A stretch of 64,000 bases of DNA from an uncultured Acidobacteriaceae bacterium (lineage in GTDB: Bacteria; Acidobacteriota; Terriglobia; Acidiferrales; UBA7541): assembly GCA_964524045.1 (NCBI GenBank), contig CAZGBQ010000003.1, positions 1,488 through 65,487 on the forward strand, given 5' to 3'. The notes beneath the pieces were generated by a model. That model had not been told where the DNA came from. It searched no databases and saw only the letters and a list, made by a program, of their open reading frames with translations. Positions 27,302 through 37,725 of the stretch are shown one piece after another; position 1 is the stretch's first letter; each line of letters starts with the position of its first letter. The position numbers and the translations under genes are program-made.

Positions 27302-27976
27302 ATGCGTATCTTGCTAGTAGAAGACGAACGAAAAGTCGCGAGCTTTATTGCGCGCGCTTTGCGGGAAGACTCCTATGCGGTGGACATCGCCGAAACAGGA
27401 GGTAAGGGTCTCGAACTCGCAGGTGATGTCACCTACGACGCCATCCTTCTGGACGTACGTCTTCCAGATCTGAGCGGCATCGAAGTTTGCCGCGAGTTGC
27501 GCCAGCAGGAAATCCAAGCACCCGTCATGATGCTCACGGCCCGCGGCCTGGTCGAGCAGCGCGTGGAGGGCTTAAATGCCGGCGCTGACGACTACTTAAC
27601 CAAACCTTTCGCGTTGGCCGAGCTTCTCGCGCGGGTGCGTGCACTTGTTCGACGCGGGTTTCACAGCGGCAATGCCAAGCTCCATTATGCCGATCTGGCC
27701 CTCGATCGTCATCGGCGTCGCGTTACGCGAGGAAAAGAAGTAATCCCTCTCACGTCCAAGGAATTCGCGCTTCTCGAGCTTTTCCTACTTCACGCTCCCG
27801 ACGTTGTGACGCGCACCGCAATCGTCGAGCACGTTTGGGACTGCCACTTTGACAGCGAAACAAATCTCGTCGAAGTCTATGTCAACCGTCTTCGCCAGAA
27901 AATCGATGAAAATCGTCCGGCAAAGCTTATCCACACCGTCCGCGGCGTCGGCTATCGGCTGGGAGCCCCAGAATGA
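27302..27976 (+). CDS. OmpR-family response regulator (CusR/QseB-like)
   Basis: LLVEDE; LLDVRLP; LTA; GADDYLTKPF; IHTVRGVGY. Confidence 0.95.
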   Translation: MRILLVEDERKVASFIARALREDSYAVDIAETGGKGLELAGDVTYDAILLDVRLPDLSGIEVCRELRQQEIQAPVMMLTARGLVEQRVEGLNAGADDYLTKPFALAELLARVRALVRRGFHSGNAKLHYADLALDRHRRRVTRGKEVIPLTSKEFALLELFLLHAPDVVTRTAIVEHVWDCHFDSETNLVEVYVNRLRQKIDENRPAKLIHTVRGVGYRLGAPE

Positions 27977-29409
27977 TCAAGCTCAAGGCCACCACGCTTC
28001 GCGTCCGAATGATGCTCCTGTTTTGTACCGTCGTCGGTGTGCTTCTTGCCGGCTCCTTTCTCGCGTTCTTGGTTTTGTTGGAACGGGTTGTGCACACACA
28101 GCTTAATCGTCAGTTGGTGGAGACCGCACGCCCTATCATCGCCGATCTCTACAATGAACCCGATGCCAAAGACATAAAGCGCATGGATCTTCCCGGCGAA
28201 TTCTTCGAGCTTCTTGACCAGGACGGAAACGTCCTGCAGCAGTCGAAAAACCTTGCGGCTCCAATGGACCTGCATGGCATGAAACACAGCGCGTTGGAAC
28301 CCACTTTCGGCATTGCGGCTTTACCCTCTGGAGAGTCCGTGCGTCTTGCGCTAGTTCCGTTCCAACAAGGAAACCAGAACCGCGTTCTTGCCGTTGCTAT
28401 CCCCACGTTTGGCACTAACCGCGTCCTGGATAGCTTCGCGGGCATTGCTTTTGTGCTTTTTCCTCTGTGCCTTCTCCTGACCGCCGGCATTTCCGCTTTG
28501 TATGTCGGCAGGAGCTTGGCTCCGATCACCGAACTTACCGAGCACGCTGCGCAGATGGCCAAGAGAGTTACTAATCGTGAAGGCTTTTGGACGCCGCTTC
28601 CTGTCTCGTCTCCACACGACGAACTCGGCCGCCTCGCACAAACCTTCAATGATCTATTGCAGGGAGTGGATTCCGCCGTGCGCCAGCTCCGCCAATTTGT
28701 TACGGACGCCTCACACGAGTTACGCACTCCGCTCGCCGTCCTCCATGGCGAGACAGAGTTGCTTCTCTCCAAGCCACGCACCGCGAAAGAATATCGAGAA
28801 ACTCTTTGTCTCTTCGACGATGAGTTCAAAAAACTGACTCGGATCATCGAAGGGCTATTTACCCTTTCTATGGCCGATGCTGGCCAGTTGCATCTCACGC
28901 GCGAGCCGCTTTATCTCAACGAAGTCCTGGAAGAGGCTTGCGCTCTGGTCAGCATGCGCGCGCGCGCCAAAAATATCGCCATTGTGCGCGACCTCAACCA
29001 GGAAACTTCCTACTGGGGCGACGAGGCTTTCCTTCGTCAGCTTTTCTTGATTTTTCTCGACAACGCAATCAAATACTCTCCGGGCAACACGCGCATTCGC
29101 GTCACTCTGGAAAACACAGATGGTGTGATCCGCGCTCGCTTCGAGGATCAAGGAATTGGAATTAGCAGCGAGCACTTAAACTCCATTTTTGAGCGATTTT
29201 ATCGCGCCGCGCCATCAAGCAACGGCGAACTGCACAGCGGCGGGCTGGGTCTGGCTATTGCGCAGGCGATTGCCCGCGCGCAAGGCGGCTCTATCGAATG
29301 CACAAGTACTCCCCAAATCGGTTCCACGTTTATAGTTGTCCTTCCTCTCACCCACTCGCCCAAAGATGGCGCCGATGAGCTACCTGAACAGAAATTAATG
29401 CTGCATTAA
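27973..29409 (+). CDS. sensor histidine kinase (2 TM, HAMP, HisKA, HATPase)
   Basis: DELGRLAQTFN; DASHELRTPL; LDNAIKY; DQGIG; GGLGLAI. Confidence 0.95.
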   Translation: MIKLKATTLRVRMMLLFCTVVGVLLAGSFLAFLVLLERVVHTQLNRQLVETARPIIADLYNEPDAKDIKRMDLPGEFFELLDQDGNVLQQSKNLAAPMDLHGMKHSALEPTFGIAALPSGESVRLALVPFQQGNQNRVLAVAIPTFGTNRVLDSFAGIAFVLFPLCLLLTAGISALYVGRSLAPITELTEHAAQMAKRVTNREGFWTPLPVSSPHDELGRLAQTFNDLLQGVDSAVRQLRQFVTDASHELRTPLAVLHGETELLLSKPRTAKEYRETLCLFDDEFKKLTRIIEGLFTLSMADAGQLHLTREPLYLNEVLEEACALVSMRARAKNIAIVRDLNQETSYWGDEAFLRQLFLIFLDNAIKYSPGNTRIRVTLENTDGVIRARFEDQGIGISSEHLNSIFERFYRAAPSSNGELHSGGLGLAIAQAIARAQGGSIECTSTPQIGSTFIVVLPLTHSPKDGADELPEQKLMLH

Positions 29410-29438
29410 CGTATCCTCACCGCGTCTGCACTACGCTC
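29390..29438 (+). promoter_or_regulatory. direct-repeat activator box plus -10 element (copy 3), overlapping the kinase stop codon
   Basis: AGAAATTAA-TGCTGCA-TTAAC, then TACGCTC at 29432. Confidence 0.7.
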
Positions 29439-29461
29439 CGACACAATTCCGGAGGTGAGCC

Positions 29462-32400
29462 GTGTCCTCTTGTGAAACCCGCAGGCAGAGCTTTTTTTCT
29501 TTGACTGGAACCCTAGCGTTTGCGTTCCTTTTGCTCTTGAATATTCTTGTTTGCAAGCTTAGTGTCGCGCAGGTCGCAGGCGGAACCCTCTCCGGCACGA
29601 TTACCGATCCCTCCGGCAAGTTCATACCCGAGGCGCGGGTTGCAATTCAGAATGTTGGGACCGGGATCACAACAACGGTTTTGACGAACTCGGACGGCTT
29701 CTTCACCGCCGCGAACTTGCTACCGGGAGAGTATGAAGTCACCGTTTCTGCAAAAGGATTTTCAACGGAGGTTCGGAAAGGGATCTCGCTCACGGTAGGA
29801 GCCCAACAGGTCTTTAACCTCGGCCTACAAATCGGTTCCGCCGCAAAAACAGTAGTTGAGGTGACTAGCGAAGCTCCCGCAGTTCAGCTCGCCAGTTCTG
29901 ACATCAGCGCGGTGGTGACCGCGAACACGGTTCGCGAGTTGCCCCTCAATGGCCGAAGCTGGACGGATTTAGCGGCTCTTCAACCAGGCGTGGACACGAT
30001 TCAGACGCAGCCCACTTTTTCGATAGGGGCGGATCGCGGCAATCGCGGCTTTGGACAGCAGTTAACAATCTCTGGTGCGCGTCCGCAACAAAACAATTAT
30101 CGCCTCGATGGCATCAGCCTGAACGACTACGCCAATGGAGCGCCTGGTAGCGTGCTCGGCGGAAATCTCGGCGTGGATGCTATTCAAGAGTTTTCCGTTC
30201 TGACGAGCAACTACTCAGCGGAGTATGGCAAGACATCCGGCGGCGTCGTTAACGCCGTGACGCGCTCGGGAACCAAAGTGTTTCACGGGGCTATCTACGA
30301 ATTTCTGCGCAACAACCATCTGGATGCTAGGAATTTCTTCGACGACCCCAGTGGCACTCCACCGTTCAAGCGGAACCAGTTTGGCGGTTCGATTGGCGGT
30401 CCGATCATTAAAAGTCACACTTTCTTCTTTGCTGACTATGAAGGCATACGGCAGGCGAAGGGTATCACTGCCCTGACCACGGTGCCCTCACTCAATGCGC
30501 GCAATGGAAATATCCACGATTCAAACGGAAACCCCGTAACCGTCGCAATTGATCCCGGGGCTCAGCAGTTTCTGGCCTTCTTCCACACACCCAACGGACC
30601 GGTTCTTGGAGATGCGAGTACACCACCGTTTGGAGACATCGCAGAATATAGTTTTGCCGGGCAACAGATCGTTAACGAAAACTTCGTTACGACCCGTCTT
30701 GACCACAAGTTCTCCGAGAAAGACGCCGCGTCTGGCACTTACCTATTTGACAAGACCCCTTTCTCGTCGCCTGACGGGGTGAACGACGTTTCGCTCGGGA
30801 GCAAAAGCTCCAGGCAGATCGCCGCCATCGAGGAAACGCATCTGTTCAGAACCACCTTTGCAAATACGGCGCGTTTTGGCTACAACTACGAAGTTGTAGA
30901 TAACAACCAGGGCCTTAAAGCACTCGTGCCAGAAGCGGCCTCCACATCCCTGGGCACTTTTTCCGGCCGGACTGCGCCTCAGGTATTCATTACCGGAATT
31001 ACGCCCTTTTTAGGTGGCGTCGGAGGGGAATCCGCCTATTTTTATCATTGGAATTCGTTCCAGTTCTATGACGACGCGTTCATTAACAAAGGCACGCATA
31101 CGATCAAATTTGGCGGCACGGTCGAGCGCATGCTCCTGGGGATTCGAGCTCTCTCCGACCCCAATGGAATCTTCAAGTTTAGCGGCTTGCAAGCCTTTTA
31201 CTCGAATAGCCCGAGCAGGTTCCAAGGGGGAATCGCGAGCACGCTTTCACCGCGGAACCTTCGCCAGACCCTCTTCGGGGTATACCTGCAGGACGATTGG
31301 CGCTGGAAACCCAACTTGACATTAAATCTGGGACTGCGTTACGAGATAACCAGTGTACCGACAGAGACCAACGGAAAAATCGCGGTCCTGAGAAACCTCG
31401 CAGACGCGCAACCCGTATGTGGAGTGGCTATTACGAACTGTGTTGGAACCGGTGCCTTCTTTAACAATCCGACGACTAAGAATCTCGAACCGCGCATCGG
31501 TTTTGCCTGGGACCCACTCCATACTGGAAAGATGGCAGTCCGTGGCGGTGCAGGGTTATTTGATGTGCTCCCGCTACCGTATCAGTTCACTCTTTTGACG
31601 ACACTGGCGGCACCCTTTTTCCAATACACCTCGATTAAGAACCCCGGAAGTGGCTCGTTCTTCAACAATCTCCCACCCCTACCATCAAACAAATTACGCG
31701 CCACGTACATTGATCCCAACCCCAAGCGCAATTACGTGACACAGTGGAACCTCAACGTACAGTACCAGTTAACTCCGACCTTAACGTCCATGGTTGCCTA
31801 TGTGGGCTCACGTGGAGTGCATCAACCCTATCGTGTGGATGACGCGGATATGGCTCTTCCAACTCTTACGTCTGCAGGTTATCTCTGGGATCCCAACGCG
31901 AGCCGGTTCAACGACAATTACGGCTCGGTTCGAGGAATGTTTTATGAGGGGCGCTCTTACTATAATGCCTTCGAAACGCAGTTGGCCAAGCGCATGAGCC
32001 ACGGCTTTCAGATGCAGGGCACATTCACGTGGGGCAAAAGCATCGACACGAGTTCGGCGACGGTCGCTGGCGACGCTTTTGGCAACTCAATTTCCAGTCT
32101 GCAATTCTTCTTCGACCCAAGACTGAGCCGCGCCCCCTCTGATTTCAACGTAGGGCGCACACTAGTTCTGAACGGCACTTGGGAGGTTCCATCGGCGAAG
32201 TCGTGGTCCGGCCCTGCGCATTGGGTCTCAGATGGATGGCAGCTCGGACTCATCTTTACCGTCAGCGATGGCGTGCCGTTTACTCCGACCTGGGGTACCG
32301 GCGATGACCCCGCTCTTTCACAGAACAACGATGACTGGGCTTTCCCGAATAGGCTCGGCGGGCCCGGATGCGCGTCGCTGACTAACCCCGGGAACCCAAA

Positions 32401-32800
32401 CAACTACATCAAGACACAGTGCTTCGCAGTCCCCACTGCGCCCGACTCCACCTTCTGGGCCGCGAACAATTGTCAGGGCGGAGACGGTATTACAAACCTG
32501 CAGTGCTTCAATCTTCGTGGCAATGCCGGCCGCAACATCCTGATCGGTCCGGGAATCACGAGTATGGACTTTTCGGTTTTCAAGAACAACCACATCAAAA
32601 GGGTCTCCGAAACCTTCAACGTGCAATTCCGCGCGGAGATTTTTAACATTCTCAATCATCCGAATTTTGCCCCTCCCACGACTCCCGACAACACAGATAT
32701 CTTTGATTCCTCGGGAGCGCCGACCGGCGTAGCGGGTTTGCTATCCAGGACTACCACGACAGCACGCGAGATTCAATTCGCGATCAAAGTAATCTTCTAG
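29462..32800 (+). CDS. TonB-dependent receptor (Oar-like, carboxypeptidase-regulatory N-domain)
   Basis: SD GGAGGTGA; ELPLNGRS; LDARNFF; QDDWR..LNLGLRYE; ends IQFAIKVIF. Confidence 0.92.
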   Translation: MSSCETRRQSFFSLTGTLAFAFLLLLNILVCKLSVAQVAGGTLSGTITDPSGKFIPEARVAIQNVGTGITTTVLTNSDGFFTAANLLPGEYEVTVSAKGFSTEVRKGISLTVGAQQVFNLGLQIGSAAKTVVEVTSEAPAVQLASSDISAVVTANTVRELPLNGRSWTDLAALQPGVDTIQTQPTFSIGADRGNRGFGQQLTISGARPQQNNYRLDGISLNDYANGAPGSVLGGNLGVDAIQEFSVLTSNYSAEYGKTSGGVVNAVTRSGTKVFHGAIYEFLRNNHLDARNFFDDPSGTPPFKRNQFGGSIGGPIIKSHTFFFADYEGIRQAKGITALTTVPSLNARNGNIHDSNGNPVTVAIDPGAQQFLAFFHTPNGPVLGDASTPPFGDIAEYSFAGQQIVNENFVTTRLDHKFSEKDAASGTYLFDKTPFSSPDGVNDVSLGSKSSRQIAAIEETHLFRTTFANTARFGYNYEVVDNNQGLKALVPEAASTSLGTFSGRTAPQVFITGITPFLGGVGGESAYFYHWNSFQFYDDAFINKGTHTIKFGGTVERMLLGIRALSDPNGIFKFSGLQAFYSNSPSRFQGGIASTLSPRNLRQTLFGVYLQDDWRWKPNLTLNLGLRYEITSVPTETNGKIAVLRNLADAQPVCGVAITNCVGTGAFFNNPTTKNLEPRIGFAWDPLHTGKMAVRGGAGLFDVLPLPYQFTLLTTLAAPFFQYTSIKNPGSGSFFNNLPPLPSNKLRATYIDPNPKRNYVTQWNLNVQYQLTPTLTSMVAYVGSRGVHQPYRVDDADMALPTLTSAGYLWDPNASRFNDNYGSVRGMFYEGRSYYNAFETQLAKRMSHGFQMQGTFTWGKSIDTSSATVAGDAFGNSISSLQFFFDPRLSRAPSDFNVGRTLVLNGTWEVPSAKSWSGPAHWVSDGWQLGLIFTVSDGVPFTPTWGTGDDPALSQNNDDWAFPNRLGGPGCASLTNPGNPNNYIKTQCFAVPTAPDSTFWAANNCQGGDGITNLQCFNLRGNAGRNILIGPGITSMDFSVFKNNHIKRVSETFNVQFRAEIFNILNHPNFAPPTTPDNTDIFDSSGAPTGVAGLLSRTTTTAREIQFAIKVIF

Positions 32801-32820
32801 CCGCGACAAAAAGGATGACG

Positions 32821-32849
32821 TTCCCAGCCTATGCTGGAAAGGTTTTATT
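32821..32849 (+). terminator. possible hairpin terminator between convergent genes
   Basis: TTCCCAGC-CTAT-GCTGGAAA followed by T-rich tract. Confidence 0.35.
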
Positions 32850-32855
32850 CTGCTT

Positions 32856-33164
32856 TCATTCCACCGGAAGCCTCACCAAGGGTCCGTGAAACTGCCCTCC
32901 ATAGACATCCGTGTCTTTGACATCTCCCGAAAAATTGCGTCGGGGAATAGAGACCTTTACCGTCAATAGATCCGGAATTACAAAGGAACGCACCTGCTCC
33001 TGCGCAACTCTATAAAGCCGCGCGATGGCCTCTGCGGAAATCTTCCCGCTGCTCACCACCGTGTCGAATCCTTCGCGATCTTTGAACATGATGTCGAACG
33101 TCAGCTCGAACGGTCCCGCATTCTTGCTGCGAATCAGCTTCGTAAACTCCCACAGCTCGCGCAT
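32856..33164 (-). CDS. DUF4387-like small protein
   Basis: IRSKNAGPFELTFDIMF; DTDVYGGQFHGPL. Confidence 0.85.
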   Translation of the reverse strand: MRELWEFTKLIRSKNAGPFELTFDIMFKDREGFDTVVSSGKISAEAIARLYRVAQEQVRSFVIPDLLTVKVSIPRRNFSGDVKDTDVYGGQFHGPLVRLPVE

Positions 33165-33183
33165 TGCTCTCCTTTCCCCGAAA

Positions 33184-34575
33184 TCACACCGCTTCGATCT
33201 TTATTCGAAACGGTTCGCAGGGGTCTTTTAGCGCCCAAACATGGTTAACGCAAAAACGATACACGGGACCTGCATTCATTCCCGGGGGCGAAAAGGGAAA
33301 CGCAAAGTTACTGATTAGGCCCTGATGCTCCGCAATAGGATGATGAAGTCCCGTATGCCAGACCAGGGGCAGGATGTCTGCCGCCAGCTCCTGTGTAGCC
33401 GCTACCACATCAATCACCAATCCTACTTCGTGCCCCTGTAGCCGCGGCGTTGGTTCGAGCTCGCCCATTGAGCCGTCTCGCCCATAAATTCGAAACTGCA
33501 GTGTGTATCTGTCGGGCCCTAAGCCCAAACTATCCGCAATCTTCCGCTCCACTACACTCCGCAGGGTCGCCAAGAATTGATCCAGCTGCCGCAAGACCAG
33601 TGGATCACGAATCCCCGCTACGGCTACGGACCGGTATCCGGTCAAATCAGCACCTTCAATCCGCACCGTATATTTCTCAGCGGGAACAAAACGGCTGCCC
33701 GTTACACGGACAGCGCGATCGTTCACCGCTTTGTACTGCGACTCGGTTGTATCCAGCATTCCTCCTGATTCGACCAGGTGGTAAGGGTCGGCCGTCTCGT
33801 AAAGCGCGTGCGCAGCCACGCTCTGCGGAGTACATCGAAACGCCGGATTCGGCGGCTCCACTGTAAAGCCACTTTGCTCCAATTCCGCAACCATGCAATC
33901 CGGATAGAGCCTTTGTTCCGCGCTGGCGGCACCACACTCCAAAATTTTTCCTGCGTGAAATGCCACACATTTCGGAATTCCTCTTAGTACAGGCAGGGCT
34001 GCGTAAATCGCCACGTCGCTGCATCGTCCGGCGATGATGACCTGCGCTCCAGCGTTCAGCGCTGCCTGGATGGGCTCGATTCCCATCATGGCCACGAAAC
34101 GCTCCGCGCTTTCTATGGTTTGTTCAGTCAACTCGGGTGCAGGACGAAGCGGACGGATTTCCCCGTGGCGAAAGGCGTCCAATAAGATCCCTTTTTGCAG
34201 CTCGCTGTCAATGCTCGCCAGCGTGAAGTGCCAAGCATTTTCCCGCGCCAACTCTCGCACAATGTCTAGTGTCCACTGCAGATGCGGTCTTCCGCCGGCA
34301 TGGCCTGCAGAGCCGATAATCATTGGAACCCCAGCCTTCAGCGCCTCACGGAGCATCAGCCGGAGATTGCGTTTTGTTCCCTCCCGGGGACCGCGTGCGT
34401 TTCCCGAACCAAGATAGTACGGTCCCGAATCGGTGCTGCCGGCGTCGCATCCCAGAAGATCGGTGCCTTCCATCGCTCGAATTAACGTCTCCTCGCGAAA
34501 TCCCATGCCGAGATTCCCCGTGGCCGCCACGGCTTTGATTCTTTCCTTCAACGTCCCTCTCGTTTTAGGCCCCAA
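33184..34575 (-). CDS. AtuA-like (DUF1446) protein
   Basis: TGNLGMGF; DAGSTDSGPYYLG; IAGRCSD; HAGKILECG; AHALYE. Confidence 0.85.
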   Translation of the reverse strand: MGPKTRGTLKERIKAVAATGNLGMGFREETLIRAMEGTDLLGCDAGSTDSGPYYLGSGNARGPREGTKRNLRLMLREALKAGVPMIIGSAGHAGGRPHLQWTLDIVRELARENAWHFTLASIDSELQKGILLDAFRHGEIRPLRPAPELTEQTIESAERFVAMMGIEPIQAALNAGAQVIIAGRCSDVAIYAALPVLRGIPKCVAFHAGKILECGAASAEQRLYPDCMVAELEQSGFTVEPPNPAFRCTPQSVAAHALYETADPYHLVESGGMLDTTESQYKAVNDRAVRVTGSRFVPAEKYTVRIEGADLTGYRSVAVAGIRDPLVLRQLDQFLATLRSVVERKIADSLGLGPDRYTLQFRIYGRDGSMGELEPTPRLQGHEVGLVIDVVAATQELAADILPLVWHTGLHHPIAEHQGLISNFAFPFSPPGMNAGPVYRFCVNHVWALKDPCEPFRIKIEAV

Positions 34576-34779
34576 TAGCCATTCCTGGTAGCCATTCCCA
34601 CGTCAGGGAGTTCGGCGCTAATGTCCAATGTTTGTTTCTCTGAGCGTCAGTTTAGCCTCTTGATTTCAATTCAAGTCCAAGATAAAGAAAACTTAATGTT
34701 AGATTTAGTGCCGCTGGAAGTAGCATGCGGTTTTTGTCGCTCACACATTTTGCCGTTAGGCTCTTTCGGAGGATTCCAC

Positions 34780-35823
34780 GTGAGAACGTCTCCCATGAAA
34801 CTCGTTGCCTGCTGTGCTGTTCTATTCCTTGGCGGGCTCGCCCTCGCTGCACCTGAGGGAGGCTATCATCTCCTAAAAAAATATAATCTGACCGCTCCAC
34901 CAGGTGGCAAGGAATACTGGGATTACATCACTTTTGATTCTGCTACCGGTCACCTCTACATTTCACATAACACTGAAGTCAAAGTCGTTGACGCCAATAG
35001 CGGAGCCGAGATTGGCAATATTCCCGAGCTTACGCGAGTGCACGGCATCGCCCTAATCGGCGATCTCGGCAAAGGATACATTAGCGATGGCGGCGCTGAT
35101 GAGGCTGTCGTTTTCGACCCCAAAGCTCTCAAAGTTACCGGGCATATCAAGACCGGCAAAAACCCCGATTGCATAATTTACGATCCGGCCTCCAAGCATG
35201 TCTTCACCTTTAATGGCAGGTCAAACGATGCTTCGGTCATCGATCCGCAAAACGATACAGTTGTAGCGACAATCCCTATGGGCGGCCGCCCCGAATATGC
35301 TGTCGCCGACGGCAAAGGCACGATTTACGATAACATCGAGGACAGAAACGAAGTGGTCGTGCTGGATTCGCGTTCGAACACCGTTAAGGCCCATTGGCCC
35401 ATTGCGCCGGCTGAGGAAGCCAGCGCCATGGATATGGACGTCCAGCATCATCGCCTCTTCATTGGCGGCCATAACAAACTGCTGGCAATCATGGACTCCG
35501 ATACCGGCAAGGTCATCCAGACTTTTCCCATCGGCTCCGGAGTGGACACGAACATTTTTGATCCCAAGACCGGCTTGATCTTCACAGCTGTCCGCGAGGG
35601 TATCCTGCACATTTTCCATGAAGACTCGCCCGACAAATTCAGCGTCGTCGAATCCGTCAAGACGGAGTTCGGTGCTCGCAATGCAGCGCTCGATCCAAAA
35701 ACTCACAAACTCTTTATCGACACGGCAGATTTCGGACCTGCTCCCGAGCCTACGGCCGAGCAGCCACACCCTCAACCCGTGCCAATCTCTGGAACATTTC
35801 GCCTGCTGGTCTACGGACGCTGA
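34780..35823 (+). CDS. secreted YncE-family beta-propeller
   Basis: SD GGAGG 34768, GTG 34780; YWDYITFD; GARNAALDPKTH. Confidence 0.85.
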   Translation: MRTSPMKLVACCAVLFLGGLALAAPEGGYHLLKKYNLTAPPGGKEYWDYITFDSATGHLYISHNTEVKVVDANSGAEIGNIPELTRVHGIALIGDLGKGYISDGGADEAVVFDPKALKVTGHIKTGKNPDCIIYDPASKHVFTFNGRSNDASVIDPQNDTVVATIPMGGRPEYAVADGKGTIYDNIEDRNEVVVLDSRSNTVKAHWPIAPAEEASAMDMDVQHHRLFIGGHNKLLAIMDSDTGKVIQTFPIGSGVDTNIFDPKTGLIFTAVREGILHIFHEDSPDKFSVVESVKTEFGARNAALDPKTHKLFIDTADFGPAPEPTAEQPHPQPVPISGTFRLLVYGR

Positions 35824-35861
35824 CGCGTTTGGAGTCGAGGGACTCTAAAGGAGCCCAGCAT

Positions 35862-37709
35862 ATGTTGCACCAAAGACCACCGATTCTTGCATATCTGCTT
35901 ATCGCCGCCGTGGCTTCTTCGTATCCCGGCACAACGCAGACCTGCCTTGCCATGCCACAAGCCAAACCGTCACTCGATTTTGAAACTTATCGCACGGATA
36001 TCGAGCCTATCTTTCTCAGCAAGCGGGCGGGAAACATTCGCTGTTACGACTGTCATTCAACCCTGGCCACCCGCATGAAGCTGGAGCCTTTGTCACCTGG
36101 AAATTCGGCATGGACCGAAGAACAATCCCGCCGCAACTTCCAGAGGGTCTCGGAGTTGGTTGTGCCAGGTGATCCGGCCAAGAGCCGCCTGTTGCTCCAT
36201 CCTCTGGCGCCCGCGGCGGGTGGTGATCCGATGCATGCGGGCGGAAAATTCTGGACCTCTCAGAAGGATACCGAATGGCAAAAGCTCGCTGCCTGGGTGC
36301 GCGGCGGCAAGGCGGAGCCTTCCGTCGAGGCGCAACCTCGTCCTTTGCCGGCCGTATCTCTCGACTTCGAATTCTTCAAAACTCGGGTTGAGCCTGTTTT
36401 TTTGAAAGCACGGGCCGGCCGTGCACGCTGCTACGGCTGCCACACTTCGTCTAACAGAATCTTCCGTCTGGAGACTTTGTCCGCGGGAAGATCCACTTGG
36501 ACCGAAGAGGAGTCACGATCCAACTTCGAGAATGCCAAGCAGCAGGTGCTTCCGGGAGATGTCTATTCAAGTCCCCTTCTCATTCATCCTCTCGCGCCCG
36601 AGGCAGGCGGTGATGCGTTTCACTCTGGTGGCAGACAATTTGCTTCTCAGGAAGATTCCGACTGGATCACAATTGCAGACTGGGTACGCGGCGCTCGCTC
36701 TGAAATGCCGCTTGGAGACACGACGGTTTCCGGAGTGCGTACCTACATCACGAATAGTGCCGGTAATACGATTGATGTAATTAACCCAGCGATTAACAGA
36801 GTGGTTCAGGTGATTCGGGGCATCGAATTACCTCATGGCGTCAATTTCTCTCCTGACGGTTCGAGAGTCTACGTCAGCAATGAATCGGAGAGCGTGCTGG
36901 ACGTTGTTGACCGGAAAAGTGGTGAAATTCTGCGTAAGGTGGCTCTTAGTGGCCGGCCGAACAATATAGCCGTCACCAAAGATGGTAGCCAGGTACTGGT
37001 GGGCATCCGATCAAATCCAGGCGTCGTGGATGTGATCGACACAGTGTTGCTACAGCGTGTCAAGAGCATTCCGGTCGACGGCAGCGTTCACAACGTCTAC
37101 GTTACGCCGGACGGCAGGTTCGCAGTCAGCGGCTCCATCGAAAACAAAGCTGCTACGGTGATTGATCTCCAAACGGAGCAATTCGTTTGGGAAGTGAGAT
37201 TCGAAAGTGGCGTCCGGCCCATGGCGTTCGAGCGCAATCCGGACGGATCGACAGCGCGCATCTTCGTTCAGCTTTCGGGCTTCCACGGATTCGCGGTCTT
37301 GGATTTCGCAAGGCGCGCCGAGGTTGGCCGTGTCAAGTTGCCGGATCAGCCTGGCGGCTTCGGAATCGCCGAGGGGCGCATGGGTACGCCTTCGCATGGC
37401 ATTGGAGTATCGCCGGACGGGAAATCGCTTTGGGTCAACAGCACGCTGGCCAATGCGGTGTTTGCTTATTCTCTGCCAGATCTGAAATTGCTCGGGCATG
37501 TCGCGCTTCCCGAAGTGCACCGGCTGACAGGCGCGCCGACAGGTGCTGTCCCCGAGTGGATTACCTTTACGCCGGACAGCAAGACGGTCTACGTCTCGAA
37601 TTCCGGTGCCTGCTCCGTTTCGGCAATTGACGCCGCCACTCGCACTCTCGTCGCAGTTATTCCCGTGGGAGAAGTACCCAAACGCATGAATACTCTCGTT
37701 CTGCGTTGA
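35862..37709 (+). CDS. diheme (tandem repeat) cytochrome c fused to a YVTN-type beta-propeller
   Basis: SD AAGGAG; signal peptide; two ~115-aa repeats with CYDCH and CYGCH; SPDG/TPDG blades. Confidence 0.85.
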   Translation: MLHQRPPILAYLLIAAVASSYPGTTQTCLAMPQAKPSLDFETYRTDIEPIFLSKRAGNIRCYDCHSTLATRMKLEPLSPGNSAWTEEQSRRNFQRVSELVVPGDPAKSRLLLHPLAPAAGGDPMHAGGKFWTSQKDTEWQKLAAWVRGGKAEPSVEAQPRPLPAVSLDFEFFKTRVEPVFLKARAGRARCYGCHTSSNRIFRLETLSAGRSTWTEEESRSNFENAKQQVLPGDVYSSPLLIHPLAPEAGGDAFHSGGRQFASQEDSDWITIADWVRGARSEMPLGDTTVSGVRTYITNSAGNTIDVINPAINRVVQVIRGIELPHGVNFSPDGSRVYVSNESESVLDVVDRKSGEILRKVALSGRPNNIAVTKDGSQVLVGIRSNPGVVDVIDTVLLQRVKSIPVDGSVHNVYVTPDGRFAVSGSIENKAATVIDLQTEQFVWEVRFESGVRPMAFERNPDGSTARIFVQLSGFHGFAVLDFARRAEVGRVKLPDQPGGFGIAEGRMGTPSHGIGVSPDGKSLWVNSTLANAVFAYSLPDLKLLGHVALPEVHRLTGAPTGAVPEWITFTPDSKTVYVSNSGACSVSAIDAATRTLVAVIPVGEVPKRMNTLVLR

Positions 37710-37725
37710 CTTCGGCGGGTGTAGC

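Noticed and set aside
27302-29409. Assigning cusRS or qseBC symbols
   Set aside because: Family-level motifs only; no efflux genes or His/Met-rich sensor to fix the identity
35862-37709. Calling the diheme propeller nirS
   Set aside because: Heme domains are unlike the cd1 c-domain and no heme d1 biosynthesis genes are present
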